From the NCBI GenBank assembly GCA_963575745.1, contig CAUYUJ010000001.1, forward strand, positions 1,240,001 to 1,304,000: a stretch of DNA of 64,000 nt, in the 5' to 3' direction. The notes under the pieces were generated by a model. The model had not been told where the DNA came from and made no database searches. It saw only the letters and a program-made list of their open reading frames with translations. Source of the DNA: Prorocentrum cordatum (taxonomy: Eukaryota). The translations under genes and the position numbers were made by a program. This document shows, piece by piece, positions 37,300-50,400 of the stretch. How positions within the stretch are numbered: the stretch's first letter is position 1; every line of letters starts with the position of its first letter.

Positions 37300-38640
37300 A
37301 ATACTATTGGTTGCAGGTGGAAGTTCAGTAGTAAGTCTAGCATAACGCAATACAGAAGGCTGTACTACTGGCTGTAGTCGGAATTGCAGTAACAGTGGCG
37401 TTTAGGCACACAAGTGCGCCATACATTGCAGTAGGAGTTGCAGCAAGAGTTATAGTGAGAGCTGCACTGTTGGCTGTTGTATGGGGCCGTAGTCAAAGCT
37501 GTAAAAAGAGCTGTTGTATGGGGTTGAAGTCGAAGCTAGAGTGAGAACTGTAGTAGGAACTACCATACGCATATGCTATATGAGCCTCAATGTGGCAGCA
37601 GTAAGAAGATTGTAGTGAGAGCTGCACGACTGGCTGCATAGTAGAGGGTGTTACTGGAGTTGTACGAGTGGCCGTGTCAAGCAAAGGTAGTACGAAATGG
37701 GTTGCGATATGATGTATGTGTTGTAGTAGAGGCTCTAGCGAAAGCTGTACTACGGGCTGCAGTAGGAACTAGTATAGGAGCTGTAATAAGAAGTGACTTG
37801 AGAATTAGATTGGGATCTGCACGGCCCTTTGCAATTGGAGTGGTAGTACAATTTGTATCCCGAAAATGGCAGAAAGTTGTACTAATGGCTGCACTTGGAA
37901 TTACAATAAGAGCTGCACTCGGATATGTGGTGGGATGTGCACCATCAACTGCAACAGGGCCTGCATCAAGAGCTGCAGCGAGAGCTGTACTCGTGGCTGC
38001 AGTGGGAACTGTTGTAGGGGGTGTATGAAGGGCTGCTGTAGGATACACACACACACATATAGTCGAAGCTGTAGTAAGAGCTGTCGAAGGAGGAGCTTTG
38101 AGGGACTGCACTACTGGCTGAAGAGGGAGCTGTCATGTGGCCTTATATGGAAGTTGTCGTAGGGGGAGCTGTTCCTCTGGTTGCACTAGGAACTACGTTA
38201 GGGGTTGTAGTACCCAGTGCAGTGGGAGCTGTGTTGGGCTCTGCGGTCTGGTTGTAGTTGGGGTTATAGTGGGGATTTTGATCGGGACATATGTGTGGTT
38301 GCACGGGCTATTGCAATAATATTTGCGCTGGGATGTGTAGAAGGATGCGCAACATAAATTGCATTAGAAACTGTAGTACGGTTTCTGGTGAAAGCAGAAC
38401 AGCACGGATTGAAATGGCATGTGTAACGCGATGTGTGGTATCGTTGTGGTGGAGATCGCAGTAGTAATTGTAGTACAACGCGTGGTATGAGTTGTAGTGG
38501 GAGCTGTGGGGAGTGTAGTACTGGCTGTAACATCAGCTGACATAGGAATTGTATTGAAAGCTGTACTACGGATTCCAGTCGGATCCGCAGTAAGATTTGT
38601 CGCAAGAGTTGGTGTAAGACGTGTAGTGGGAGGGGCTCTT
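37300..38640. repeat. Degenerate GTAGTA/GAGCTG low-complexity tandem region
   Basis: Recurring TGTAGTAGGAGCTGC-like units; more AT-rich than the flanks. Confidence 0.7.
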
Positions 38641-38694
38641 GGAGCCTGGAGGAACGCAGGGGGGGGGGGCTGACGTGTGCACGTCCAGGTTTCT

Positions 38695-38719
38695 CTGTCT
38701 CTCTCTCTCTCTCTCTCGT

Positions 38720-38783
<64 letters not shown>

Positions 38784-38855
38784 CTCCCTCTCTCTCTCAT
38801 TCACTCTCTCTCCACTTTCTTTCTCTATCTCTCTATCTCTCTCTCTCTCTCTCGT

Positions 38856-38920
<65 letters not shown>

Positions 38921-39146
38921 ATATATATATACATACATACATATATATGTATGTATCGCTAACTCTCTCTCTCTCTCTCTCTCTCCCTCCCTCCCTCCCT
39001 CCCAGACTCACTCTCTCACGCATGCTATCTCGATTTAGTTGTATGTGTCTCGCTCTCTCGTTGTTTCTCTCCCTCTCTCTTCCTCTATGTCTAACTCTCT
39101 CCCACTCTCTCTCTCTCGTTCTACCCCTCTCTCTCGATCGCTATCC

Positions 39147-39179
<33 letters not shown>

Positions 39180-39185
39180 GCGCTC
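38695..39185. repeat. (CT)n microsatellite block
   Basis: Directly visible. Confidence 0.95.
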
Positions 39186-42100
39186 GTGTATTCCCTTTCA
39201 GACGCGTATACCTGTATGTACAGATGCATATATCATACCACTTAGTATACATAAAAGTATATATGGCTGGGTTCCTTTAAAGCTTAGAATCACACGCTGT
39301 AGCGGCGCCAACACAGAGACGCGAATGCTACAATGAACAGTATTGCTGGAACGTTGGGTATCTTGGTGTTGTGGGATTGTTGCGCGCTCTCTCTAGGTGT
39401 GTTATTAGATCACCTCGGCCTGACACCGACTCGCCGCCGCCTCGTCATCCACTCTCTTTCGGGCTGTGGGGGGTCTGAACGACGAAAATCGCCTCGTAGC
39501 TTCCAATTCCCCGGAAGCAGGCTGTGAGCTGGATTTGCCCGAAATCAAAACGCATCCCCAGGAGGAGGAGGAGATCGGAAGAGGAGGAAGAGGAATCAGG
39601 AAGGAGAAGGAAGGAGAAGGAAGGGGAGGGCTCAGGGACGTTGAGAGCTAGTTACTTTGCAGTTTGAGATATCTATCCTGCGGTCTGCCACCCTCCTCAA
39701 TTGCAGCATAGTGGAGAGGTCTGTCATGCTTTTTTTGTTATGATGCATGCGGAGTCATTCCTCGGTGGCGTCGACAGAAGAAGGAGGGGGGAGCAGGAGG
39801 AGAAGACGAAGGAGGGGAGGAGGGAGGAGGAGGAGGAGGAGGAGGAGGACAGGACAGGATAGGACATCCGCATGAGGGGGTCAACGTCAATGCGCCCGCT
39901 AAGGTGCAGTGTAGAGCGTATGCGTGGTTCCCCTGCGTGAGTGTTATGCAGCAAGTACTCGACAGCCCTTCGACATCTTATCGAGGGAGCTGCCAAGGCG
40001 TGCGCAGAGGCGTGCACGCTGCCCTCCTCACCCCAAGCCCCCACCTGCCCCCCTCCACCACAGGCGAGCGTGCGGCCCATTCGCAGGGAACCCTGTATTA
40101 CCAGTCAGTAGCTCTCCGATGAAGCCAGGGGGTGCGGCACCGCTGGCTCTGTGTTGCCAATGGCGCGTGCGAGCGAGCCTGCAACGGGCAGAGAGGAGGG
40201 ATGAGGGAGAACCTTGAGATCCAACATTACAAGAAATGTGCGAAACACCACGAGAAATCGCGACAGGAGCCCTGGCCCCTTCTTTCTGCTGCATTTTGCG
40301 AGCTGGGTCGATCTGTGATGGTCCTGGAGCCCGAGATTGGGCGAAAGCGCCCAGCGCGAAAAAGTTGCACCGCACGGATCTCAGGGAAGGACGAAGATTG
40401 CAGTTGGGGGGAAGCTGGGGGGCGAAGGAAACGACGGGGAGATTGAAAGCCCGCACAGGACGACTGGCTCGACCTCCTCCGGTGCACCCTGCGCTTCGGA
40501 CCCCGCCTTCCTGGCCTCCTACAGGGGCGCGCCCAGCACAGTTGCAGCCAAAGACGCTGGAAGAGCAACAAGATGGCGTGGATGACCAGGGCTCGAGAGG
40601 AACAAAAGAGTACCGATACCGCTGCTCCCCAGACATCTCCTGGGGTGCGTTCTGACCAGGATCTCGAGTGGAATGGGGAGGAGGATTTTCCATGACGAGC
40701 AGCGGTATCGGCACCTTTCCTCCATGAAGGACTGCCTTTTTGGACTCGGGGACTTCCAGAGGCGTCGCGGGGACCTCTGGAGAACTCTGGGGGCCGGGCG
40801 CTCGCCGCAAGAAGGGGCGAAGCTGGGGCCGCAGAGAAGGGCCCCGCTCACGGGCCTCTCGCGGGAAGGACGTGGTTGCACAGAAGAGGATAAGGATTCA
40901 GCCATGATTTGTGTCTTGACGCTTCGGTACTTCTCGAGGGCGCGGCATGTGAGGTAGCTTCGTGGGATCTCGTCTGGGTCGCCCAGGTTGTCGTCGTGCT
41001 GCGGTGTCCGCTACCACTCCTCCCCTTCAAAAAACCAAACCCCTCCCAAAAACCAAACGGTGGAGGAGGAGGAGGAGGAGCAGGAGGAGGGGAGGAGGAG
41101 GGCTCTGATGGCCTTTTCGGAGTCGGGGGTCTCCAGGTGCTTCGTGGGGACCTCTCGAGGCACAGACAGCCGACGAAGCACGGCTTCCTCAGTGCGCGGC
41201 CCGGGAGATCCCGACCCCTTCCCTGGGGGCCCGGGAGCGGAACCCAGAGGCCGAAATCGGGGAAAATCAGCCACGCGCAGAGGGGGGCGGGGGTAGGGGG
41301 GGAGGGCTTCTTAGAAGCACCCCTGCCTCTTAGAAGGCGCAGGCCTTATCTATCTATAGATGCGAGGCTGGCGTCTAAGAAGCAGCCTCCTCCCAAGAAG
41401 CCCTCCCCCCTCCATCAACTCCCCCTTGCAGGCGTTCTCGGCGCGCGGCCCAGGAGGGTCGCGACCCCTTCCCCAGGGGGCCAGTCCTCCGGCCCGGATC
41501 CCGTGTTGAAGGCCCCGAGGCCCGAAAATGGGACCCAGAGGCCGAGATCGGGGAGAAAGGCGTTCTCGGCGCGCGGCCCAGGAGCTCGCGACCCCTTCCC
41601 CAGGGGGCAGTCCTCCGGCCCGGATCCAGTGCGGAAGGCCCCGAGGCCCGAGAGCGGGACCACACCGAGCGCGGGGGGGGAGAGCGCCTGGACGGAGGAG
41701 GCACCTCACCGAGGAGCGGAGGCACTCCAGGGGAGGGCCTCGCCCTCGAGGATCGAACGAGTCGATGTCCCTTCCACGGTGGAAGGCGGCAGAGGTAGAA
41801 CGAGGCCGCCTCCGCCGGCGGCAGCTCGGCGGAAGGCGGCGGAAGCAAACATCGGCCTCCGAAGAGGTGGCAGGCCTGTTGGGGTGCAGGGTTTCGCACC
41901 CGCCATATGCGGACCTCTGGGGGCCAGGAGGGGGCCTTGGGGTTCCTTGCGCCCTTCCCTCGGGCCTCTCCCCCCAGCCACCGCTGCGGGAGTGCGCAGC
42001 TGGGGAAAATCGGGCGGGACCGGGACAGGGATGAAGCACAGTCAAAGCGCACAGTAAGGAGGAGCAAATGTCCTAGGTTACCCTTGCGTCCTTGCCCCGT

Positions 42101-45100
42101 CGGCGCATCCTTGGCGACTCTCGCTGGCCAGCCCCGTTCAAGAAACGCCAGCATGGCCTTCCAAGGCTCTGGCATCCTGGCTGCGCGTCCTGATCATGCG
42201 TTTTGACTTTACTTCCAGAGCATTCCGGAGCGCTCTCAGGGCGTTCCGGCCCGCTCTGAGAAGGCCACGGCGCCCGATGCATCTTCCAGAACCTCCGCAC
42301 CTCAAGGACCCCCCATTTATCCCTGTCCTTTTTTCCCCTGTTCTGGCGTCGACTTACCAAAATCAGGGCCTCGCTCGGGGACTCATCGCGGCAAGTGCTT
42401 GGCTGCACGGGAGTGGGCCAGCACCACTTGGAGGCCCACGGGCTTCTCATGGTTTGAGGGTACTTCCCTGAGGCCCACCTGACAGAAATGTTCGGCTCTA
42501 GTTCTACTCTAGTCCGACTCTACTTCGACTCTGGTTCGACTCAAGTACGATTCGAGTTCGACTCAAGTCGACGGACGTTCGACGCAGCATCGACGCATTA
42601 GTGGAGGGAGTGGCTCCTGGAAGGACCTCAGATCGAGCATCCAGCCTATGCTGCTGCGCCCGCACACTGGCGCCGAGGCGCCAGGGGAAGGCCAGACAGA
42701 GCCGCGGGCCTTTGGGAGGCTCCAGGAGAGCCACGAGAGGTCTCCCAAGATTGGCCCCTTGACCGCCACTGTACTGAGGAGGCGGGGGAGGGCGGAAGAG
42801 GTAGACGGAGGGCCCAGACATCTGTTGCCGTCTGTTGTTCCATTGCGTGGCCCTGGGCCTCTCCACCCCCAGGACCAGCGTCTGCTCCTGGATGGTGTTT
42901 GTTGACGGCCCTGGAGCCCGAAAAGGGCCCCGTAGAGGGTGAGAACGTCGAAACTTGACATCCGCCGACGTGATTTGTCCAATTCGCGGCCCTAGAGATC
43001 CCGACCGCCTTCCAGCGGATAGGTTTGCGACCTGGATCAATGTCTGGTCGTCCTGGGGCCCAACAACCAACACCGGGCCCCAAAGGCCGAGATCGAGGAA
43101 AGCCCGCCTGGATTCAAAGAAGCATATCGTTGGAGATCCGAGCGGGAAGAGGAGGGCCCGCCAGTGGCGCACCGCCGACTTTTGCAGCCACTGGGAGTGT
43201 CACGCTCTACGGTCGGGTCAGAGACCCCGGCGGGTTGGGGCCCCACAGGGCCCCCTGGGCCTCGCGAGGGGTGCTCCGGACGTGGTGGATTTCCTGGAGA
43301 AAACTGGGGCCCTCCAGGGCCGAGGGCACCTTCTGCGACTCCCGCTCCTCCTCCTCCTCCTCCTCCTCCTCCTCCTCCTCCTCCTCCTCCTCCTCCTCCT
43401 CCTCCTCCTCCTCCTCCGCGTCGCCACCCTCTTCCTCTGGACTTTCTGCGCGGTCGTTAAGCATTGTTCCGGCCACCTCCATCCTCCCTCCACCTCGTTC
43501 ATCTTCCCCTCACCGTCTTTCCCTCATCATGCTGATGCTCCGTCCTCCGTCCTCCTCCCCACCATCCTCCCTCGTCCTGCCTCCTGGTTGACAGTCTCCC
43601 CTGCCTCTGTGAGCGGAGCCTCCCGTCTATCCTCATCCCGTTTGTCCTCTTTCCCCTCCTCGACCTCCTCCCTCCTCGTCCTCACCTGAACTGCTCCTCC
43701 CCCTCTGCTCCTCCCCGTGCTTCCCTTCCCTCCTCCCCCCCCCGCATCCTTCCTCCCGCTGCCACTTCTGCTCCTCATCGTCCCGTTCCGCATCTGACCC
43801 CCGACCCGCTCCTGGAGCATGTCCTGGCCAGGATTTCGGATCGGGTCCAGCCGTGGCGAAGCGAGGGGCCCCCGAAGGCCCACATGAGGAGGAGGACCTC
43901 ACGAGCCCCACGTAGTTGAAATAGTCAGGGTTTCGAAGGTCTCGACCCCTTCCCTGGAGCCAGTCTTTTGCCACATCCTTTTTGTTGACAGTCCTGGAGC
44001 CCGAGCCCAGGACCCCGAGGCCGAAGTCGACAGGGGAGCGGGGGGGGAAGGAAGGCAAACGAGGAGAACGAGGTCTCCCTCCACCTTCACTGCACTTTGT
44101 TTCTGGCCGAGGCGTTCATGGGCTCGAGCTGCATTGGTGCGGGCTCCCTTTGGACGGCCCAACAGCATCTCGGCTCGACAGGTCCCTCTGCACGCAGGCC
44201 GGTCGTCCTAATCCACCTGCTGCTACTCTTCTTCGTGCTCCTCCAGGGGAAGAGACGGCGCTCCGATGCGTTCATGATTGTCTGGTGGCGTTCGGTTGGT
44301 TGCAATGATGCTCGATTGGGTTAGATGGTAAAGACGTGTTGGACAGTAGCTGATTGTGAAAATGTGAATGGTTCTGTGCAGACACATGCGCAGCCCACCA
44401 CTCGCTACGACAGGATTCGGTGTGCCCTCGACCGCTTAGCGCCCTCCGCGCTGCATGACAAAGAGCCGGCATTGCAAGTGAACAGCCTGGTGTTGAAGAT
44501 CAGGACTAGAGCATTCTTACCTGCCTCTAGTCCGCACTCCCATCGCATGAAAAAGGCCAGTGTCATAAACATGTTCTTGCTAGTGCTTCGCCAGGTTGCA
44601 GGCCACATTGCGACCTCCCGGCCTCCACAAAAATTGCAGGCCTGAAAAACAAAGTGTCGTCGCGAAGTTGGCCGTAGTAAAGAATGCCGTCTTCGCGGCA
44701 CATTCCAAGGCGAAGCGCAAAAGGAGTCTCGGCCGTATTGTAAAGTACCAGATATGAGACTCCCCCACTGCAGTACAAACCCGTGCCCATGCCGCGAAGT
44801 ACCTGACAAACGAAAAGGTGTGTGTGTGTGTCGAAGTCGTCAGACACAACGGCCTCTTGATTGCAAACAATGCCCGACGATAAGGGCGGGAATTGCCAGT
44901 CGGTCTTCATCGAAGGGTATAGATGTTTTTGCTCTAGGGAATCAGAATGTGTTCGATGGTTTGCGAGGAGATGGATCGTTCTGGAAGATCTCGGGGGCTT
45001 GGCGGGGTCTCAAGCCTCAAGTATCATTATCATGCTTGTTCTGCGTTGGTCCCTCAGCCTCCTCGTTTTCCACCTCACTCCTACCCCCTCCCTCAATCGT

Positions 45101-47459
45101 GATCCTCCCTCTTCTCCTCCCTCTTCTCCTCTCCCTTTCTCCATCGCCCCCTGGTTCCCAATGTTGTTTCTGTTCCTCCTCCTTCACCTGCCACTGGTCA
45201 TCATTATGCTCCTCATGTTCTCCTCCCTGCTCCCTGCATACGCTGATGATTATGTTCCTGCATTAATCTTCTTGTTCACCCTCATCATCAAACTTTCCAC
45301 CTCCGCCCCGCATCACCATTGCCAATGATCCTCGAACTCCTCCTATTATTCAGTTTTCACGTCACTCCTACTTCCAATGCCTATTATTTCCCCTCATCTT
45401 CTTAGTAATTCCTCCTCGTCTGCATTGCGCCGCCCATCATCTGTGTGTTGCGGCTCATCTCATTAATTTTGTCCTCTCCTAGAAACACACCTCCACTATC
45501 CTCATCCCATTCTTTATATCTCGTCCATCTGCCCTTTGTCTTCCTCGTCATCCTCACTGTTACGAACCTTTCCCCTTTCTCAGGATCCAGCATGAGATCC
45601 CTCCTTCTCATGATTGTTCACCCTCACCCTTGTTCAGCTATCCGTCATCTTATCTCCATCCCTCTCATTTCAGATTCCTCATCTTCTGTTCAACCTCCAC
45701 CTTCATCCTATTCCTTGTCCTCCGCCTTCTCCTCCGCCACTTCCGTCCTCCTCCTCCTCCACCTCCTCCTCCTCTTCCGCCTGTGCTCGCTCACCACACT
45801 CCTCCCGTTCTTCCTCTTCTGCCTTCTCCTACCTCTCCATCCCTTCCTGCGTCCGTCTTTCTTCTCGTCCTCCTCCCACCTCATCCTCCCGCCTCCCCAC
45901 CTCCCTCATCACATGCCTCATCCTCGTCTTCATGTCAGGACAACGGCAGTTCGGCTTCTTATACCCTTCGTCCTTCCTCCTTCACAATCCCTCCTCATTG
46001 TTCCCCCCACCCCTCCGCCTTCCTCGGGAGGCCCACTCGCTGAAATGGCGCGCATGTGGTCCACGAGCTTGCTCGTCCTGGCCCTGGCGGCAAGGATTGC
46101 GTCGCCGTCGCCGAGGGGAGACAAGGAGTAGGATGAGAAGGCGAAGAAGGAGGAAGAGGATTGTTAACCTGTACCTGCCCCGGCCCTCAGCTTACTCGAG
46201 AGCCGAGGATGACGGCCTCGAAGAATGAGGCTCCACCCCTTCCTGCTCTTTTCTCTTGGCCTCATGCCGACACTGGCCGCCGAGCAAAACAAGCAGGCCT
46301 ATCGTGGTGCAGACGTTGCACCAGAGACACGAAAAGCGGAGATTTCCTCGGAGCAGTCGATCGAGAGGAGAGGAGGAGTAAGAAAAGGACAAGGAGCAAT
46401 AGCGGATGGCGTCGCGGACGATCGCGGCATCACCAACCAACGTCCACATTTTAGGTTGGATCCGCCCTCGGGCCTCCTCCCCCAGCAGTCACTGGGCCCT
46501 GAGCGACACTGACTGGGCGCTCTGTGGCACGCTCGCGGGTTCAGAGTCCAAGATCCTCAAGAATTTCAGGAGACCGAAATGCCACGATCGGGCCCCACGG
46601 TACGACACGCACGAGTGCCCGAAGCTGCGGCACACAGGCTCGACGAAACAGACCGCGAGCATCGTTCTGAGCGGCGACGGGCCGGGCACACGAGCGTGCC
46701 GTCTGCGTTCTTGCCGTGTGGGCCGGAGGCCCACGTTGAGGGCCTGCCGTGGGGTTCAGCTGTATAGCATCAGGTCCTCCGACGGCGCCCTGGCACAGCA
46801 AGTCTTCACACAATCAACGCCGCAGTCCGATGCTGCGGGTTGTCGTGGCACCCGAGGACCCGATCGTCGTGGGATGAGGGTCTTGGTCGCTGTAGGGCGC
46901 ATTGTCCAGGGCGCCCCCGCTGCCACCGCTGGATGCAGGTCGAGCGGAAAATCGGGCAGGATAGAGGCAGGAGGGAAGAGACAAGGTGCCAGGATAGAGG
47001 CAGGAGAGAGGCAGGCAGGCCGGCAGGATACCAGCACGACAGAGGCAGGCAGGCAGGATAGAGGCAGGACAGGAGGAGAGGCAGGTAGGCAGGAGGATCG
47101 GGGCAGGATAGAGGCAGGGTTCAGGTTGGGGGCTCAGCCAAGGGAGTTCCGGTGCGGAGAGGGGCCCCAGAGACCTCGGGAGGCTCGGGGGCCGCAGGTG
47201 GGCCGCACGCAGGGGCAGCGGGGCAGACGCTGAGTCTCTGGGCGCACCCGAAGGCCAAGACGGACAGGGCATGGCTCGCTCGGCGGGCCAGCTCCGCTCG
47301 CATCTGGCTGCCTGCTCCGAGTTTGAGCGTCACCCCCGCCGACAGCCCCACATCGACCCCTGTCGCGGGCAGCCACCGCGCGCCACAGGCGCTCCGACCC
47401 CCGTCGCGGCGCGACGACGAGGCGAGGTCGACCCCCGTCGGAGGGGTCCCCCCCCACGC

Positions 47460-50400
47460 TAATTAAGAAACCCAGAGTACTCCTGGCAGCGCGGTCGTCA
47501 CGACTCTGCACCGCCATCTTGACGGCCAGCGGTGGGCCCCCCCGGCAGGGGAAGAGCCCCTTTGCCAGCCGAGAAGGGTTTTCCGTTTTTTTTGTCGCGC
47601 CCTCGGAGGACATTCTGAAATCAAGGTGGCACGGGTCAGTCGTCGACTTCTGACCGCAGGCGTGACAGAACGTGCAGAAATATTGGTCCACCCTCCCGAG
47701 CGTCTGAGCGGGCTGGATCCCCACTCCCTGCAAGTTAAGTCTTACCCCTGGTGCAACACGGGCGACCAGGGGAGGTTCGGCAACAGCAGCAGGCGGGACA
47801 GCAGGAAGAGGGTTACAAGGGCTCACGCACAGCTCCAACACCCTCGAGGCTGGGGAGGTCGTGAGGCAGATCTCGCATGTCCACATCTTGCTCCTCTGGT
47901 GAAAGCTGTGGGCTGAGGCCTCGATCGCACGAGCCCAGACGGGCTCTGGGTACCAAAATTGGGTGGGCGCCTCCGCACGGCCAGCCTTCGAGAAACTCTC
48001 AGCGGCCGCTGCATCGATCGACGCGCGTCTGGCCCGCCGTCTGATCATGGCCGCAGCGGAGTCGACTTCGTCGGTCCGATGCAATGTCCCCACCATCCCC
48101 CTCTCTCACGCCAACTCCGCCGCCCTCTCCGCCCAAATGTCAGCAGCCATGCTACCTGTGGCCGCGGTTGCTTCCTGCTCGCTCGCAAAACTTGCACGTT
48201 CGTCCGTGTGCGGCGGGGCCCATCGCATTCGAATTTGACCAGGCCTACTGCCCCAGCTGATTCTCGCAAGCTCCAGAAGATCCTCTTGGGGACGACTGGC
48301 AGAGGGAGGGTGGAGAGTCTGGTCCCAGGACCTGGCGATATTCATATGATCATTCATGAACTCTACATGTCTCCAGGTCGGTTCAAGAATCAGGCACAAC
48401 GCTACCATTTCGGCCATCGGGGCAGTTTGCTTGGGGCCAGTGAGCGGGACCGCGACAGCGGCATGCGCAGACAGGCCCCCATTCGACATCGGGGGCGAGC
48501 GCAACGATTGCAGCCCCACGACGCCCCCGACGGGGATCCGAAGAGCGCTTCCCTCCCGACCTGCCCTCGTAAACCACCGCCCACCCACCCCCCTGCCTCA
48601 CATCCAGAAAAAGCTCGCGGCGGGAAAAGCCCGAGCCCCGCCGAGAGAGCTTCATCAAATTTCGGAGCGTTCATGTCCATTGCCGGCACGCCTCGAAGCC
48701 AAAACGCAGGCTGGTTTTCATGCTGGGCGAGAGCTGCAGGGACTAGCGACTGCGTCGAAACATAATCGTCGTGGCCCACGTTGCATTCGCACAGCAAGAA
48801 TCGGTGGACGAGTGGTTCGCGGGCTCGCTTGCAGCGCGGGCAGACCGTGGAATCCAGCGTGTAACCGTGAGTCGCCCCACCGAGAAGGTGGTGCCGTACA
48901 CGTCGTACTGATGTTGATCATGGTTGCGGTTGAGTTCCCTCACGACGCGGTAGAAGCCCCCGCCCGACTCCAGACCACCATGCTCATGTCTGGAAGCCGC
49001 CTCCCACGGGCAGGAAGGCACGTCATCTATCAAATCATCGAGCAGCTCCGCGGTCGATCCGAAGCGCGGGAACGACTCCTCCCCAGTCGCAGGGATGCCC
49101 CACTCATCGGCACCAGCGGACGCGGGGCGGATCCAGCACAGCGCAGACTGAGGACCCCAGCCCACATCCATCAAGGTCGCCGTGAGAGCCGGGACAGGTC
49201 CTCGAACAAATTACCATCACTTGAACGCAGCTTTGACCGACATGCTCTTTATCGCACACCAAACCGTTTAGAAACGCTCGCGAATTGAAGGGTTAGTTTG
49301 CCACAAGCAAAATAGCAAAAACATTACATGACCAGCTGGCGTCTCAAACCCCAACTCTGGATCCTTGACGCCGAAAGACGCAGCCAAGGTTCTGGCGAGG
49401 CAGCGCCCTCCGTGAGCTCCTGCCACTGACGCCAACGCCTGCCTCCCGAGGGCGAGCGTGGCCGACGGTGCCAGGCCGTTCAAATGGCGCCCGCGGGTGG
49501 CCTTCAGGCAGGCACCAGTAGCCCGCGGCGCTTGAGCTGCACGACCAAGAGCTGCAGCGCGACGTTGCCGCCTGACGCGGACAGCTCGGTTCCTGCCATT
49601 GATCCGCCCACTGAATGCTTCGGCGCCGACTCGGCTTCCCCTGGCAGCCGCGGCGGCACCGAGATCAATTGCCTGCGTCACGCTCTCGACTGGAACCCCA
49701 TCGGGCTCTGAGTAGACGAACCGACTGGATCGCCAGCGTGCTCGAAGAACCAAGAATGACCGACTTCGGGGACACGACCAGACGCTGCTCCTTGAGGCCT
49801 TCCACCAGCGAGGTGCCGACGTCGTCCACCACTGGCAGCACCTGGGTTGCCGTGCCCTCGCATCTTCCAACTGCGTCGCCCACGAACGCCCAGAGGCCCG
49901 CCGACGGGGCCACCGCGCGCACCTCCTCCAGCATGGAGCACAAGGCCAACTTCGATAAAGGGGGCCCGCGACGGGAGCCAGCCACGAAGCCCCTGGCGGG
50001 ATAGATGGCCTCGCTGAGCCGCACTCGCTCAAGAAGGCGCCGCGGGCGAAAGTAGACCTGAAGCTCGAGACCCATGGCCGCCAGTCTGAAACCGAAGTCC
50101 AGGTCCGCCCGCAGCAGCCCCGCCAGCGACGCGCTGTCGTTGAACTTTTCGACGTCGAGGAGGATGACCAGGAAGCCGAGCTGCTGGCCCTGCGCAGCCT
50201 CGCCCATGCCGGCATTGAGCAGGGCCGCCCTGAGGGCAGGCGACTCTCGGATAGCTGCGTCCCAGAACGCTTCGCGCTTGGGGCACCACAGGTTGGCGAA
50301 GCTCTGCAGGATTCGCAACCAGAACTTCACCGCCAGGGGGACCAATCCAAGGACGCGATCGCCGTCACCCGAAGGCAATGGGGCCAGGGCGGGGGGCGCG

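Noticed and set aside
40909..43689. Several 200-380 aa ORFs
   Set aside because: GC-rich repeat-derived sequence with no domain motifs or codon bias.
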